Source of the DNA: an uncultured bacterium
GTDB lineage: Bacteria > Bacteroidota > Bacteroidia > Bacteroidales > CAIXTV01
Assembly (NCBI GenBank): GCA_903922465.1
Contig: CAIXTV010000021.1
Coordinates: 91 to 64,090, forward strand
Reading direction: 5' to 3'
Length of the DNA: 64,000 nucleotides
The notes below the pieces were generated by a model. That model searched no databases. It was not told where the DNA came from and saw only the letters and a program-made list of their open reading frames with translations. Positions within the stretch are counted from its first letter, which is position 1; each line of letters begins with the position of its first letter. Positions 17,915 to 26,620 of the stretch are shown here, in pieces. A program made the translations under genes and the position numbers.

Positions 17915-18990
17915 AAAAATTTATTTGGCATTTCTACTATTCAAAAAGATTCAGTTTCTATCCGCCGGATTATTATACTATTGGCTTAGGTGGTAGTGAA
18001 TCTGTACTTGTTCTCCTCACTAAATACCTTGCTTCACTTAACCAAGAAGTTCACGTGTTTAATGCTTGTTTTAAACCTGGTATTTATGATAATGTTCATT
18101 GGCATTTACTAACTGATATTAATACGTCGCAAATTCCTGATATTTTTGTTGCAGTTAGATTTGAAGATTCGGTTTTAAAGAATTGTAATGCTAAAGTTAA
18201 CTTATTTTGGATGCTTGATAACAGAGTTGCGGGAGCGTTGAAATTTAAGAGTCTCAATTTGCCAAATTCAAAAATTATTGTTGCATCTGATGCAATGACA
18301 TCATTACTACTTCAAGAAAATATCCCAAGTGATTATCTTATAAAATTGTTTCATCCGATTGAAAACAATATTAAACAATATCAAACACAAACAAATCGAA
18401 AATTAATTTGTCTTTATTCATCAATGCCAACAAGAGGGCTAGATGTAGCATTGGATTGCTGGGTATCTATCCAAAGAGTAGTAAAAGATGCTGAATTATG
18501 GATTACAAACGGTTATGTTCCTTGGGGATTTACAACTGAAGAAGCTGAAGATAAATATAGCCCTTATTTAATTCGTATATCTAAAATGCAAACTGAAGGA
18601 CTATCAATAAAATATTTGGGAGTACTCGCAAGAAGTGACTTCGAAAATTTACTTAGTGAAATTGCAATTCTATTTTATCCTTCCCGTTTTCCTGAAATGT
18701 TTTGTCTCATAGCTGCTGAATGTTCAATGTATGGAATTCCAATTATCACAAGCGACATATTCGCAATGCAAGAGAGAGTTGTAAATAATAAAACTGGATA
18801 TTTAATCAAAGGGGATATTGATCATCTGGAAACTCAAAATGAATTTATTTATAAAACGATTTCCCTTCTTCGTAACATTGACCTACGTGAAAATATGGGT
18901 AATAATTCGAAAGACTTAGCTAAAAATTTAGCAGGCAAAATCATTGCATCAAAATGGATAGACTTTGCAAAAAAAATAATATACAATTAA
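17911..18990 (+). CDS. GT-B fold glycosyltransferase (family 4/1-like)
   Basis: The C-terminal donor-binding region is PSRFPEMFCLIAAECSMYGIPIITSDIFAMQERVVNNKTGYLI (E-x7-E type). An ATGA overlap links it to the upstream gene. Confidence 0.7.
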   Translation: MKKFIWHFYYSKRFSFYPPDYYTIGLGGSESVLVLLTKYLASLNQEVHVFNACFKPGIYDNVHWHLLTDINTSQIPDIFVAVRFEDSVLKNCNAKVNLFWMLDNRVAGALKFKSLNLPNSKIIVASDAMTSLLLQENIPSDYLIKLFHPIENNIKQYQTQTNRKLICLYSSMPTRGLDVALDCWVSIQRVVKDAELWITNGYVPWGFTTEEAEDKYSPYLIRISKMQTEGLSIKYLGVLARSDFENLLSEIAILFYPSRFPEMFCLIAAECSMYGIPIITSDIFAMQERVVNNKTGYLIKGDIDHLETQNEFIYKTISLLRNIDLRENMGNNSKDLAKNLAGKIIASKWIDFAKKIIYN

Positions 18991-19001
18991 ATTTAATATT
19001 T

Positions 19002-19496
19002 ATGAAAACAGAAAAAAAAATTGTTTTTACTTCAAAACCTCATGGAATAAGAGCCGTAGGTTTAGTATTTATTGATGACCAAATTCTTCTAATGCGGAGA
19101 GAAAGTTCAACTAAAAAGTATTTTACCTTTCCAGGTGGTGGTGTCGAACCTAATGAGACGGTGGAAGAAGCCGTTGTTCGTGAAATAAAAGAAGAATGTA
19201 ATTTTAATGTAAGAGTAATTCGTCTTCTATATCACCATGATTTAATAAACGATAGTGATCATTATTTTTATTTATGTGAATATATAAATGGCAACCTCCA
19301 ATTAGGTGGTGAGGAGCTTGAAGAAAATAAAAGAGGTGATATTCATGAACCACTTTTGTTTCCTGTGGCCAAACTTAAAGAAATTACGCTATACCCTTTA
19401 GAAGTTCGCGATTGGGTCATTGCTGATTTCCCTAATCACTTTCATAATGAGGTAAGAAGATTAAATATCCCTGTTTCTGAATTGAGAAATGTATAA
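19002..19496 (+). CDS. Nudix hydrolase (second copy)
   Basis: The Nudix box is GGGVEPNETVEEAVVREIKEECNF, with the final G replaced by N. The ORF track starts at 18954. The internal ATG at 19002 avoids overlap with the GT4 gene. Confidence 0.75.
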   Translation: MKTEKKIVFTSKPHGIRAVGLVFIDDQILLMRRESSTKKYFTFPGGGVEPNETVEEAVVREIKEECNFNVRVIRLLYHHDLINDSDHYFYLCEYINGNLQLGGEELEENKRGDIHEPLLFPVAKLKEITLYPLEVRDWVIADFPNHFHNEVRRLNIPVSELRNV

Positions 19497-20152
19497 TGAA
19501 TTATATGAATGATGTTCATTTAGGTATCCTTTTGAAACCTGATGCAGTTTCTGAAAGCACCCTCTTTTCTTGGGAGCAATTTTATGACTGTCTAGTATCT
19601 CTTAATTCCATTTTATCATCCGATCATTCTACTTCAAATAAATTTCTTCTCCCAAACTCATTGAATGCATACAATGGTTCTTTACGGCAAATTTCAGAAA
19701 GGGGCATATCGGAAATTTCTTTTTCATTTCCTATTTTAAACAAATTACAAATTATTAACACTATTTCGAAGACTATTATCGAGGTTAAAAATTCTAATAC
19801 TACATATTATATTTCAGAAATTATCCAGCGACTTATTTCTCTATTCACTTTTCGTATAGAGCATTATCATGATTTTGTCTTTGACGAAAATGATTGTATT
19901 ACTATTTACTCAACAATTCGCCAAAACGATATTCAGTTATTTAAATCAATTCAATTATATTTGGAAAATAATAAATGTAAAATATATTTTCTTTCAGGAG
20001 ATCAAAACATTACTGCAATTGAATATATAAAGACAATTGTGCGTTATTTTTTTAAATATAAAAATGGGGAAAAGCATCGTCTTGAAAATTATATTCATTC
20101 ATTAGACGAAGTTGAAACTAAATATTTTTTGAAAAAATTACTATCAAATTAA
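19496..20152 (+). CDS. Hypothetical protein, possibly a divergent nucleoside-diphosphate-kinase-like fold
   Basis: N-terminal LGILLKPDAV resembles NDK IIKPDAV. C-terminal ENYIHSLDEVETKYF resembles the NDK active-site region N..HGSDS.E.A..EI..FF. The middle is not alignable by eye. Confidence 0.3.
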   Translation: MNYMNDVHLGILLKPDAVSESTLFSWEQFYDCLVSLNSILSSDHSTSNKFLLPNSLNAYNGSLRQISERGISEISFSFPILNKLQIINTISKTIIEVKNSNTTYYISEIIQRLISLFTFRIEHYHDFVFDENDCITIYSTIRQNDIQLFKSIQLYLENNKCKIYFLSGDQNITAIEYIKTIVRYFFKYKNGEKHRLENYIHSLDEVETKYFLKKLLSN

Positions 20153-20995
20153 TTCAACTAAATATTGTAACAAATGGTTAAATACTGTGCCACAGTTATA
20201 TGCAGCAACATAACCTTGAGTATAAAAACTTGGCTCAAAATCCATTTTGTATTTCCCCAATCTATTTGTAATTCCATTTATAAAAAGAAATTCTTTATTA
20301 GTTACCAATCTTACTAATCCATGTGTTGTATCTAAAGATAATTCTTCCAGATTCTTATTATATTCATTAAATACATTTATTGCATCAAAATCAGCCCATG
20401 AATAGTCATCAAAGTTTATAATATTTATTACACTTAATCCGACAATACTTTTACTAACCTTAAAACATTTTCTTTTACCACCAACATTTGGGCATTGCAA
20501 TATATTATTTAATATCAATTCACATTTTTCATCGTCTATTTTCAACCTTTCTATAGTGCTTGATTTAATGATGTTTATACAATCATCATTTAGTATTAAG
20601 TTATTTTTTGACTTATTCTTATAAGGATTATATATACAAGTATGTCCACCTATTAATACTGAGCCATTGCATATATCCGAATAATTTGAAGTTCCAGTTC
20701 CTATTGAGATCGTTAGATCAAAATCATTCTTGAATATTTTATTTAATACTTTGAATTTTTGTTTTGAATTTGTTTCAAAATAATCCTTTTTTATATAGTC
20801 CTGTAAACAAAACATTTCTATTTTCACATCAATATATTTCATATTTATGCAAATTGTTTCTCTATTGAGTGTTTTATTTTTTACATTTTTATTTTTCAAC
20901 CTACTATCTTGGTTTATGATAGAAGAATTCAAAGCATCTGTAAAAGCACCAAACTCCCATTCTTTGTTGCAAATTATTGCAATTGTTTTATGCAT
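20144..20995 (-). CDS. Hypothetical protein, possibly nucleoside phosphorylase / nucleosidase (PNP_UDP_1) fold
   Basis: Block order resembles MTA/SAH nucleosidase. KTIAIICNKEWEF compares with KIGIIGAMEEEV. DLTISIGTGTSN compares with DVIINTGSAGGL. FLFINGITNRLG compares with FVVVRAISDVAD. This is a weak by-eye comparison. Confidence 0.3.
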   Translation of the reverse strand: MHKTIAIICNKEWEFGAFTDALNSSIINQDSRLKNKNVKNKTLNRETICINMKYIDVKIEMFCLQDYIKKDYFETNSKQKFKVLNKIFKNDFDLTISIGTGTSNYSDICNGSVLIGGHTCIYNPYKNKSKNNLILNDDCINIIKSSTIERLKIDDEKCELILNNILQCPNVGGKRKCFKVSKSIVGLSVINIINFDDYSWADFDAINVFNEYNKNLEELSLDTTHGLVRLVTNKEFLFINGITNRLGKYKMDFEPSFYTQGYVAAYNCGTVFNHLLQYLVELI

Positions 20996-21154
20996 TTAGG
21001 ATTTAATTAATATGTTAAAGAAGAAATTTAAAATGCGAAATTATACTTTTGTTTTATTTATCCTAACTAAAATAGACTTTTACCATTTACGCATTCTTTT
21101 ATATCAATTATTCGACTGAGCACTTAAATTCTTAAATCTTGTTAATTGTGAATT

Positions 21155-21457
21155 TTACTTCATTTTTAAATATTTTGTTTTTAATGCGATATAAAGCTGA
21201 GTCCAAAAAGCATAAGGAACATTCGTGTTAAATTCCTGTCGAAATGGACTGTAAATTCCTGTAAGATAAATCTTTTTGTATTTTTCAATATCATTATATT
21301 TTAGAATGGTTGTACAACCTTCATTTCTTTCAATAGACTGTTTTTTAATCATTAGTTCGTCAAATCCTCCTGCTTCTTTTAGTTCGCATGCAAAAAATTT
21401 AAGTTGAACGGAAGTAAAGTTATAATTATCTTCTTTTGTGTTTTTTCTATTAAGCAT
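21155..21457 (-). CDS. Hypothetical protein
   Basis: 100-aa ORF, co-directional with the RepO-like gene. Confidence 0.4.
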   Translation of the reverse strand: MLNRKNTKEDNYNFTSVQLKFFACELKEAGGFDELMIKKQSIERNEGCTTILKYNDIEKYKKIYLTGIYSPFRQEFNTNVPYAFWTQLYIALKTKYLKMK

Positions 21458-21479
21458 TTTCTTAGAATATTACTTATAA

Positions 21480-21842
21480 TCAATCCCTATTGAGATTCTC
21501 CCAATCATATTGGAATATTTTATTTACTCCTGCTACCTTCCGAAGTTCTTTTTCTGTGCCTCTTAATTTTGCATCAAAATATGCCGACCCATAAATAAAT
21601 TTAACCGAATCATAATAGGAAAATTTTATTTGTTTTAATCTGACATTTGGGTTTATGATACGGAGAACACCCCTAGTAATTCTTTTTACTGTTTGATTGA
21701 CCTTTTCTGGATTCTTATTCAGTGTATCCAATAATACAGAGTTTTCTTTTCTCCTTTTTAAAATATAAATTGCAAGTTCTTGGAGTGGTATTATAAGCTT
21801 TACTTTTATTGTTATTTTTATTTCCTTAGAAATATTGTTCAT
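21480..21842 (-). CDS. Hypothetical protein
   Basis: 120-aa ORF, co-directional with the RepO-like gene. Confidence 0.4.
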   Translation of the reverse strand: MNNISKEIKITIKVKLIIPLQELAIYILKRRKENSVLLDTLNKNPEKVNQTVKRITRGVLRIINPNVRLKQIKFSYYDSVKFIYGSAYFDAKLRGTEKELRKVAGVNKIFQYDWENLNRD

Positions 21843-21878
21843 AATTGATTATTAGAGCTATTAATAATTTTGTTAGAG

Positions 21879-22361
21879 TTAGTTTTGTATAGTTTCTTTT
21901 GTAATACGCATATTTTGCGCAAGTTCGCTTACTTTTATGCGTAAGTCCTTGGCGATATTTGCGTTAGCCGAATTATAAATAATACCTTTTTCAATACATT
22001 TCCCCTCCTTATCCACTAAAGTAAACATTGCACCAGATATTCGAAAGAAAAGCTTTTGCTGACCCCTTCGCTTTTCAGGGGTATCAAGCAGATCACCTTT
22101 CTGAGACAAGACCTCAATTAGTTTTTTTTCCATCAATGTATGAATAGCTTCATTTATGGCTCTTCTTGAAGTACCTGTTTTCAAAACTAACTGACTACTA
22201 GAAATCCAGTCTAATTCTTTTCTTTCTGATTTTGTTTTAATGTCTTTCCAACCAAGAGTCTGCCGAATTATTATCAACAGCACCTTAAGTTCTGCCATCT
22301 TTAGCTCTTTCATATATACATCAAACAAAATGTTTGGAACCGGTGTCGTATTGAAATTCAT
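21879..22361 (-). CDS. Replication protein O-like winged-helix protein (phage/plasmid replication initiator N-domain)
   Basis: FNTTPVPNILFDVYMKELKMAELKVLLIIIRQTLGWKD...WISSSQLVLKTGTSRRAINEAIHTLMEKKLI matches the Phage_rep_O pattern (F..iPN.l.......L...ElrVll.iiRkTyGf.k....is.sql...tG.s...v..a...L....i). Confidence 0.6.
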   Translation of the reverse strand: MNFNTTPVPNILFDVYMKELKMAELKVLLIIIRQTLGWKDIKTKSERKELDWISSSQLVLKTGTSRRAINEAIHTLMEKKLIEVLSQKGDLLDTPEKRRGQQKLFFRISGAMFTLVDKEGKCIEKGIIYNSANANIAKDLRIKVSELAQNMRITKETIQN

Positions 22362-22405
22362 AATTTTTCTAATTTGGAATTTATAAGGAATCTACTTTGT
22401 GAATT

Positions 22406-22600
22406 TTATTTATCGTAATTAATCACAGGTGCAATAGGTTCTCTTTCCATGATGTAATAATCTACATCAGGAATATGAAAAAGCCTTAAATACATATTTC
22501 CTTTTTCAGTTATTTTCATAGCCCCTGCTTTATAAGAGATTATTTTATTTTCTCCATCTTTCTCGTAAACCTTTTTTGTGTAAACATCAAATATTTGCAT
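22406..22600 (-). CDS. Hypothetical small protein
   Basis: 64-aa ORF. Confidence 0.35.
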   Translation of the reverse strand: MQIFDVYTKKVYEKDGENKIISYKAGAMKITEKGNMYLRLFHIPDVDYYIMEREPIAPVINYDK

Positions 22601-23083
22601 GATTATTTTTAAAGTTTATTAATAATGACGACCGCTGAAACTATCCTGCTTTTTATTAAGCAAGTTTTATTCACAGCGTCCTAAGGAGTTGTGGCTATCT
22701 TTTTTTGAAAGGTTAGACTGATTTTACAATGTCGTCTCTTATTTATCATTAGATAAATAATCCCTTTTCAGGCAGAGAAAATCAAATTCATTTTATTTGT
22801 AAATTTGTCTCCACTCACAACTCCATAGATCGCTATGCATAAAGCTTTAACATCTGATACTACATGTTATTTAAACCTTATAATTCAGTACTTCATATAA
22901 CCAATATTGTGCGACATGGTATTTCCTTTAAATAAAGATTTAAAGCCTCTTTCCCCTGTCTATGGTTTAATATAAAAAATATGAATACAGTAAAGTGCGT
23001 ATAAATAACAGATACTTCAGAAAGCGTTTTGAATGAACTATTACTCTTAAAGCGTATCAAATACATAAAATTTATGCAAGTGC

Positions 23084-23962
23084 TTATACTGGGCTAAAAT
23101 ACGCCTTTGCACTCCTCTCAAAGTCCATATCTGAGTATTGCTCATAAATAAAGGTTGATATAGGGTTTAAATGCCCTAATCCCTTTTGAATAAATGACAA
23201 AGGAGCATTTTGATCTCTTCTCTTATGAGCCCATCCATGTCGGAAACTATGAGGAGTAATTTTCTCAATTATTCCTGCCCTTTTTGCATAATGTTTGACC
23301 ATTCTTTCAACACTTCTTGTCGTCAATCTTGTATTCCAACTTCTATTGAAATTTTGTCCTACAAATAAAGCTGAAGCTTTATTGTGGTTGAATAATTCAA
23401 CTCTAATGGGCAAATATCTTAACAAGAGTTGATGTGTTTCTTCTGACCACAATATTGTTCTCATGTTAGCAGTTTTTTTTGTTGCAATAACTGCTCGACG
23501 ATTATTTGTATCGATTTGCGAAATATCTAAATCGCAAAGTTCAGATACTCGAACACCTGTATCCCAAAGCATTCGTGTTATTACTTTATCCCTAAGAAAG
23601 TGAAATTCATTTTCAGGAATAATAGAGATTATTTTTTCAAACTCTTCTTCTTTGATAGCCCTATGCGATTTTGCCATTCCCCTTTTCCTTCTTATAAGAG
23701 ATGGTGGTAAACAGTTATAATTTTGATCTCTATAAAACTGAAAAAAGTTTTTTATAATTACAGTTGCATATTGCAAACTGTAAGGACTATAACGTGCTTT
23801 TATCCAGTTCTGATAATGCACAATATCTGTAATTGTGTAATCTTCTAATGGTTTATCACCACATATCTCAATTAGGCGCTTAAGCCAAATTTTATATGTA
23901 ATGCTTGCTTTCGGGGAATGAATTCCCTTCCAGTCTAAATACTCATGTATTTTTGTCTCCAT
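23084..23962 (-). CDS. XerC/XerD-like tyrosine recombinase (second recombinase in the island)
   Basis: 292 aa. Motifs are LWDTGVRVSELCDLDI (Arg), HSFRHGWA (HxxR) and GLGHLNPISTFIYEQY (His...Tyr). Confidence 0.85.
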   Translation of the reverse strand: METKIHEYLDWKGIHSPKASITYKIWLKRLIEICGDKPLEDYTITDIVHYQNWIKARYSPYSLQYATVIIKNFFQFYRDQNYNCLPPSLIRRKRGMAKSHRAIKEEEFEKIISIIPENEFHFLRDKVITRMLWDTGVRVSELCDLDISQIDTNNRRAVIATKKTANMRTILWSEETHQLLLRYLPIRVELFNHNKASALFVGQNFNRSWNTRLTTRSVERMVKHYAKRAGIIEKITPHSFRHGWAHKRRDQNAPLSFIQKGLGHLNPISTFIYEQYSDMDFERSAKAYFSPV

Positions 23963-24309
23963 AAATATACAAGACCCGCCAGAGACGAATCAAGCGAGCC
24001 TTGTATATGCACATAAACTAACACTTTTTTCCTTTGAAGTAAAGAAATTAGCTATCTGCACAATGCTTCGTTGTTCGTCTCTGTTCCGGTTTTCCCGGAA
24101 AGACCCTTTAAGGGCAACGGTTCTTTATTAAATTGTTAAATCACTAATAATGTTCGACTTTCTAATCGTATCATAGGTATATTTTTCTTGTCAAGTCTTC
24201 AAATATTACAAAAATGGTTATCCCCTTTTTTATATGATTGAGATATGGACATTTCAAATCTTTCAATTATACTGTCTTTCGATAAAGTTCATTGATAAAT
24301 ACATAGCAT

Positions 24310-24801
24310 ATGATTAAAAAAAATAATCTAAAAAATCAGTTGAAAGATTTTGAAACAAGTTTGGAGTTAGCAGAAATAAAAGTTTCTTACAAGAGTAAGC
24401 AAAGGGAAAAAGTAAAGGTAGCTAGTTCACGTGATGCATTTGATATTCTCTACCATATTTATAATATGGATACTATTGAATATCAGGAACAATTCTTTAT
24501 GCTTTTATTAAACAGAGTGAATCATGTTTTAGGATGGGTTAAAATTAGCATGGGAGGAACAGCAGGAACCGTTGTTGATCCAAAGATTGTATTTTCTTTG
24601 GCTTTACAGACTAATGCTCATGGCATCATTCTTTCTCATAATCATCCTTCTGGAAATTTAAGACCAAGTGATAATGACATTAATTTGACCAAAAAATTAA
24701 GCGCATCAGCTTCTTTACTTGAAATTAAATTACTTGATCATATTATTGTTGCTCCTGAAGGTGCTTATTATAGCTTTGCAGATGAAGGAAATTTGTTTTA
24801 A
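24310..24801 (+). CDS. radC: RadC-like JAB/MPN domain protein
   Basis: JAMM motif ILSHNHPSGNLRPSDNDINLTKKL. Confidence 0.85.
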   Translation: MIKKNNLKNQLKDFETSLELAEIKVSYKSKQREKVKVASSRDAFDILYHIYNMDTIEYQEQFFMLLLNRVNHVLGWVKISMGGTAGTVVDPKIVFSLALQTNAHGIILSHNHPSGNLRPSDNDINLTKKLSASASLLEIKLLDHIIVAPEGAYYSFADEGNLF

Positions 24802-24825
24802 ATTCGAAACTACAACTGAAAAAAT

Positions 24826-24858
24826 AGCTCGGGTATGATAATATCCGGGCTTTTATTT
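24826..24858. terminator. Bidirectional terminator between convergent radC-like and 24869-25792 genes
   Basis: An 11-bp stem agctcgggtat / atatccgggct (two G-U pairs) is flanked by an A-run upstream and a T-run downstream. Confidence 0.55.
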
Positions 24859-24868
24859 TATCCTAAAT

Positions 24869-25792
24869 TTAGGTTTTAGATGATAGTTTTCTTGTTGGGG
24901 TATATATTTTTTGATTTAAGTATTCTACAAACCAGTTATCATATTCACCTTCATCTAATTTATTCAAAATTTGTTCCCAACTTAACTTGGTGAAATTTCC
25001 ATTTTCTGAATTTAACGATTTTTCAAAATGCAATAACTTATCCGCGTTTTTATCAGTGAACAATTTTTTAAGTCCCAAATTAATAAGTTTATATTTTTTC
25101 TCTCCACATAATTTTGAAGCAAAAACCCAATTTCTAAATAGTTCATAATGGCCACTCTCAAACAATTTTGCATTATCTAAATTTGGAATTAAATACTTAT
25201 TAAACTTGGATTTGTCCTCAAATACTTCATTTGCACTCAAATATTTTACTTCTATAAATATGAGTTGTTTACTTAATTTTAATATCACATCAGGTTCTGT
25301 CCGTCTTGAGGGATCCTCATTAAATGAATCCGATATTTGAATGAACTTATTATGAAAATTATCATCGATTGCAGTGGAGCATATATTCGTACCCCATAAA
25401 TATATATCATATTTAAGGTCTTCACTATCGATTTCTAATAATTTGAGTAAATCTTTTAATTTATTTTTGAAAACGAAATATTTAAAAAAACTCCAAGTTA
25501 ATGCATCTTCTGAAGTTGAAAAAGCAAATTTGTTTTTTTTACTTATACGATTTATTGAATTGATTGAGTTATTCAAGACATTATCTAATCCTGGTCTAAG
25601 TAACATCGGGACATTATCACTGTATTTATGATAAATCAAAGTAGGATTTTTACTTGCATTTGAATATCTTATCATGCATTTTTTGCATTCTCTTAAACAG
25701 TCTTGATAAGAGGATGCTGGTTTAACCTCACCTACTCGAGCAATTAAGTATTCACCACAAAAAGGACATTTTATTTTTTCTAAGCTTCCCAT
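24869..25792 (-). CDS. Zn-ribbon plus PD-(D/E)xK nuclease-like protein
   Basis: The N-terminus has CPFCGE...CLRECKKC (four Cys). The C-terminal half has SEDALTW ... EPDVILKL...LIFIEVKY (E ... D ... ExK arrangement). Confidence 0.5.
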   Translation of the reverse strand: MGSLEKIKCPFCGEYLIARVGEVKPASSYQDCLRECKKCMIRYSNASKNPTLIYHKYSDNVPMLLRPGLDNVLNNSINSINRISKKNKFAFSTSEDALTWSFFKYFVFKNKLKDLLKLLEIDSEDLKYDIYLWGTNICSTAIDDNFHNKFIQISDSFNEDPSRRTEPDVILKLSKQLIFIEVKYLSANEVFEDKSKFNKYLIPNLDNAKLFESGHYELFRNWVFASKLCGEKKYKLINLGLKKLFTDKNADKLLHFEKSLNSENGNFTKLSWEQILNKLDEGEYDNWFVEYLNQKIYTPTRKLSSKT

Positions 25793-25886
25793 AGTATTTT
25801 GGTTTAAATTTATCTTGTTTACTATTATGAATAGTGATTTAATGAAGTTAAAAAAAGAAGAGATTAGCAGTACACTTTTTAACCGA

Positions 25887-26615
25887 CTAGCACTTCCCTT
25901 TTTTAGAAATTACATTCAAGTTACTTGTGATGTTTCCTAATACTTTTGTCGTTATTCGTTTTTCTATTAGTGTCGCAATGATATTCATTTCGCTGTCTGA
26001 AAGTAATACAGGAATCTTCCCTTTTATATTATCTGCTATTTTCTTCAAAAGGTGGTTTGGAAATTTGTCAAACGGAATTGAAACTCTTTCATTGCATTCG
26101 TTTAAGGGAAGAAATGAATAGTCAGTTTTATTTTCCCTCCATTGGTCTGCTTCGTATGTATGAGATACTGTATCATGAACACCATGAAATGGAAATCTAT
26201 AATGGCGTCTCCATAAAATTGAATTATTTTTCCGAAAATGTTTTTGATATTTTACTGGAAGTTGTAAAGTTGGCTTGTTGTTCCAAGGTTGAACACCTCC
26301 AATAAGAAAAACTGTATCAATGGTTAGCTGCCCATTATTTGCTTGTTGTCCACTTACAAAAATGATTTTTGAACCCACTTGTAAAAAGTTGTTGTCTTGT
26401 CGAATATTTCTTCTAAGCTGAGTAGCATGGCAATACGAATAAAGCCAAGGATCATTAAAAACAAATGGGTCTTCGTTACCAATTCCAATTTTGTCAACAT
26501 AAATGTTTCCACTCCAATTTTTTAATAATTGTCCTTGAAATAATACTGTCGCTTCAACAGTTGTTTGTTGTCGTGCATGGTCAGGGTGAAAAATTATGTA
26601 ATGAGCTTCGTTCAT
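25887..26615 (-). CDS. Hypothetical protein
   Basis: 242-aa ORF, 5 nt downstream of 26621-27037. No motif recognised. Confidence 0.5.
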   Translation of the reverse strand: MNEAHYIIFHPDHARQQTTVEATVLFQGQLLKNWSGNIYVDKIGIGNEDPFVFNDPWLYSYCHATQLRRNIRQDNNFLQVGSKIIFVSGQQANNGQLTIDTVFLIGGVQPWNNKPTLQLPVKYQKHFRKNNSILWRRHYRFPFHGVHDTVSHTYEADQWRENKTDYSFLPLNECNERVSIPFDKFPNHLLKKIADNIKGKIPVLLSDSEMNIIATLIEKRITTKVLGNITSNLNVISKKGKC

Positions 26616-26620
26616 TAAGT

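Noticed and set aside
14751-18990. The glycosyltransferase operon as an ordinary capsule or O-antigen locus
   Set aside because: No flippase, polymerase, chain-length or export genes were seen, and no sugar-nucleotide synthesis genes. The operon is instead interleaved with kinase, Nudix and NDK-like genes on a mobile island. I kept this as the main alternative hypothesis in the finding.
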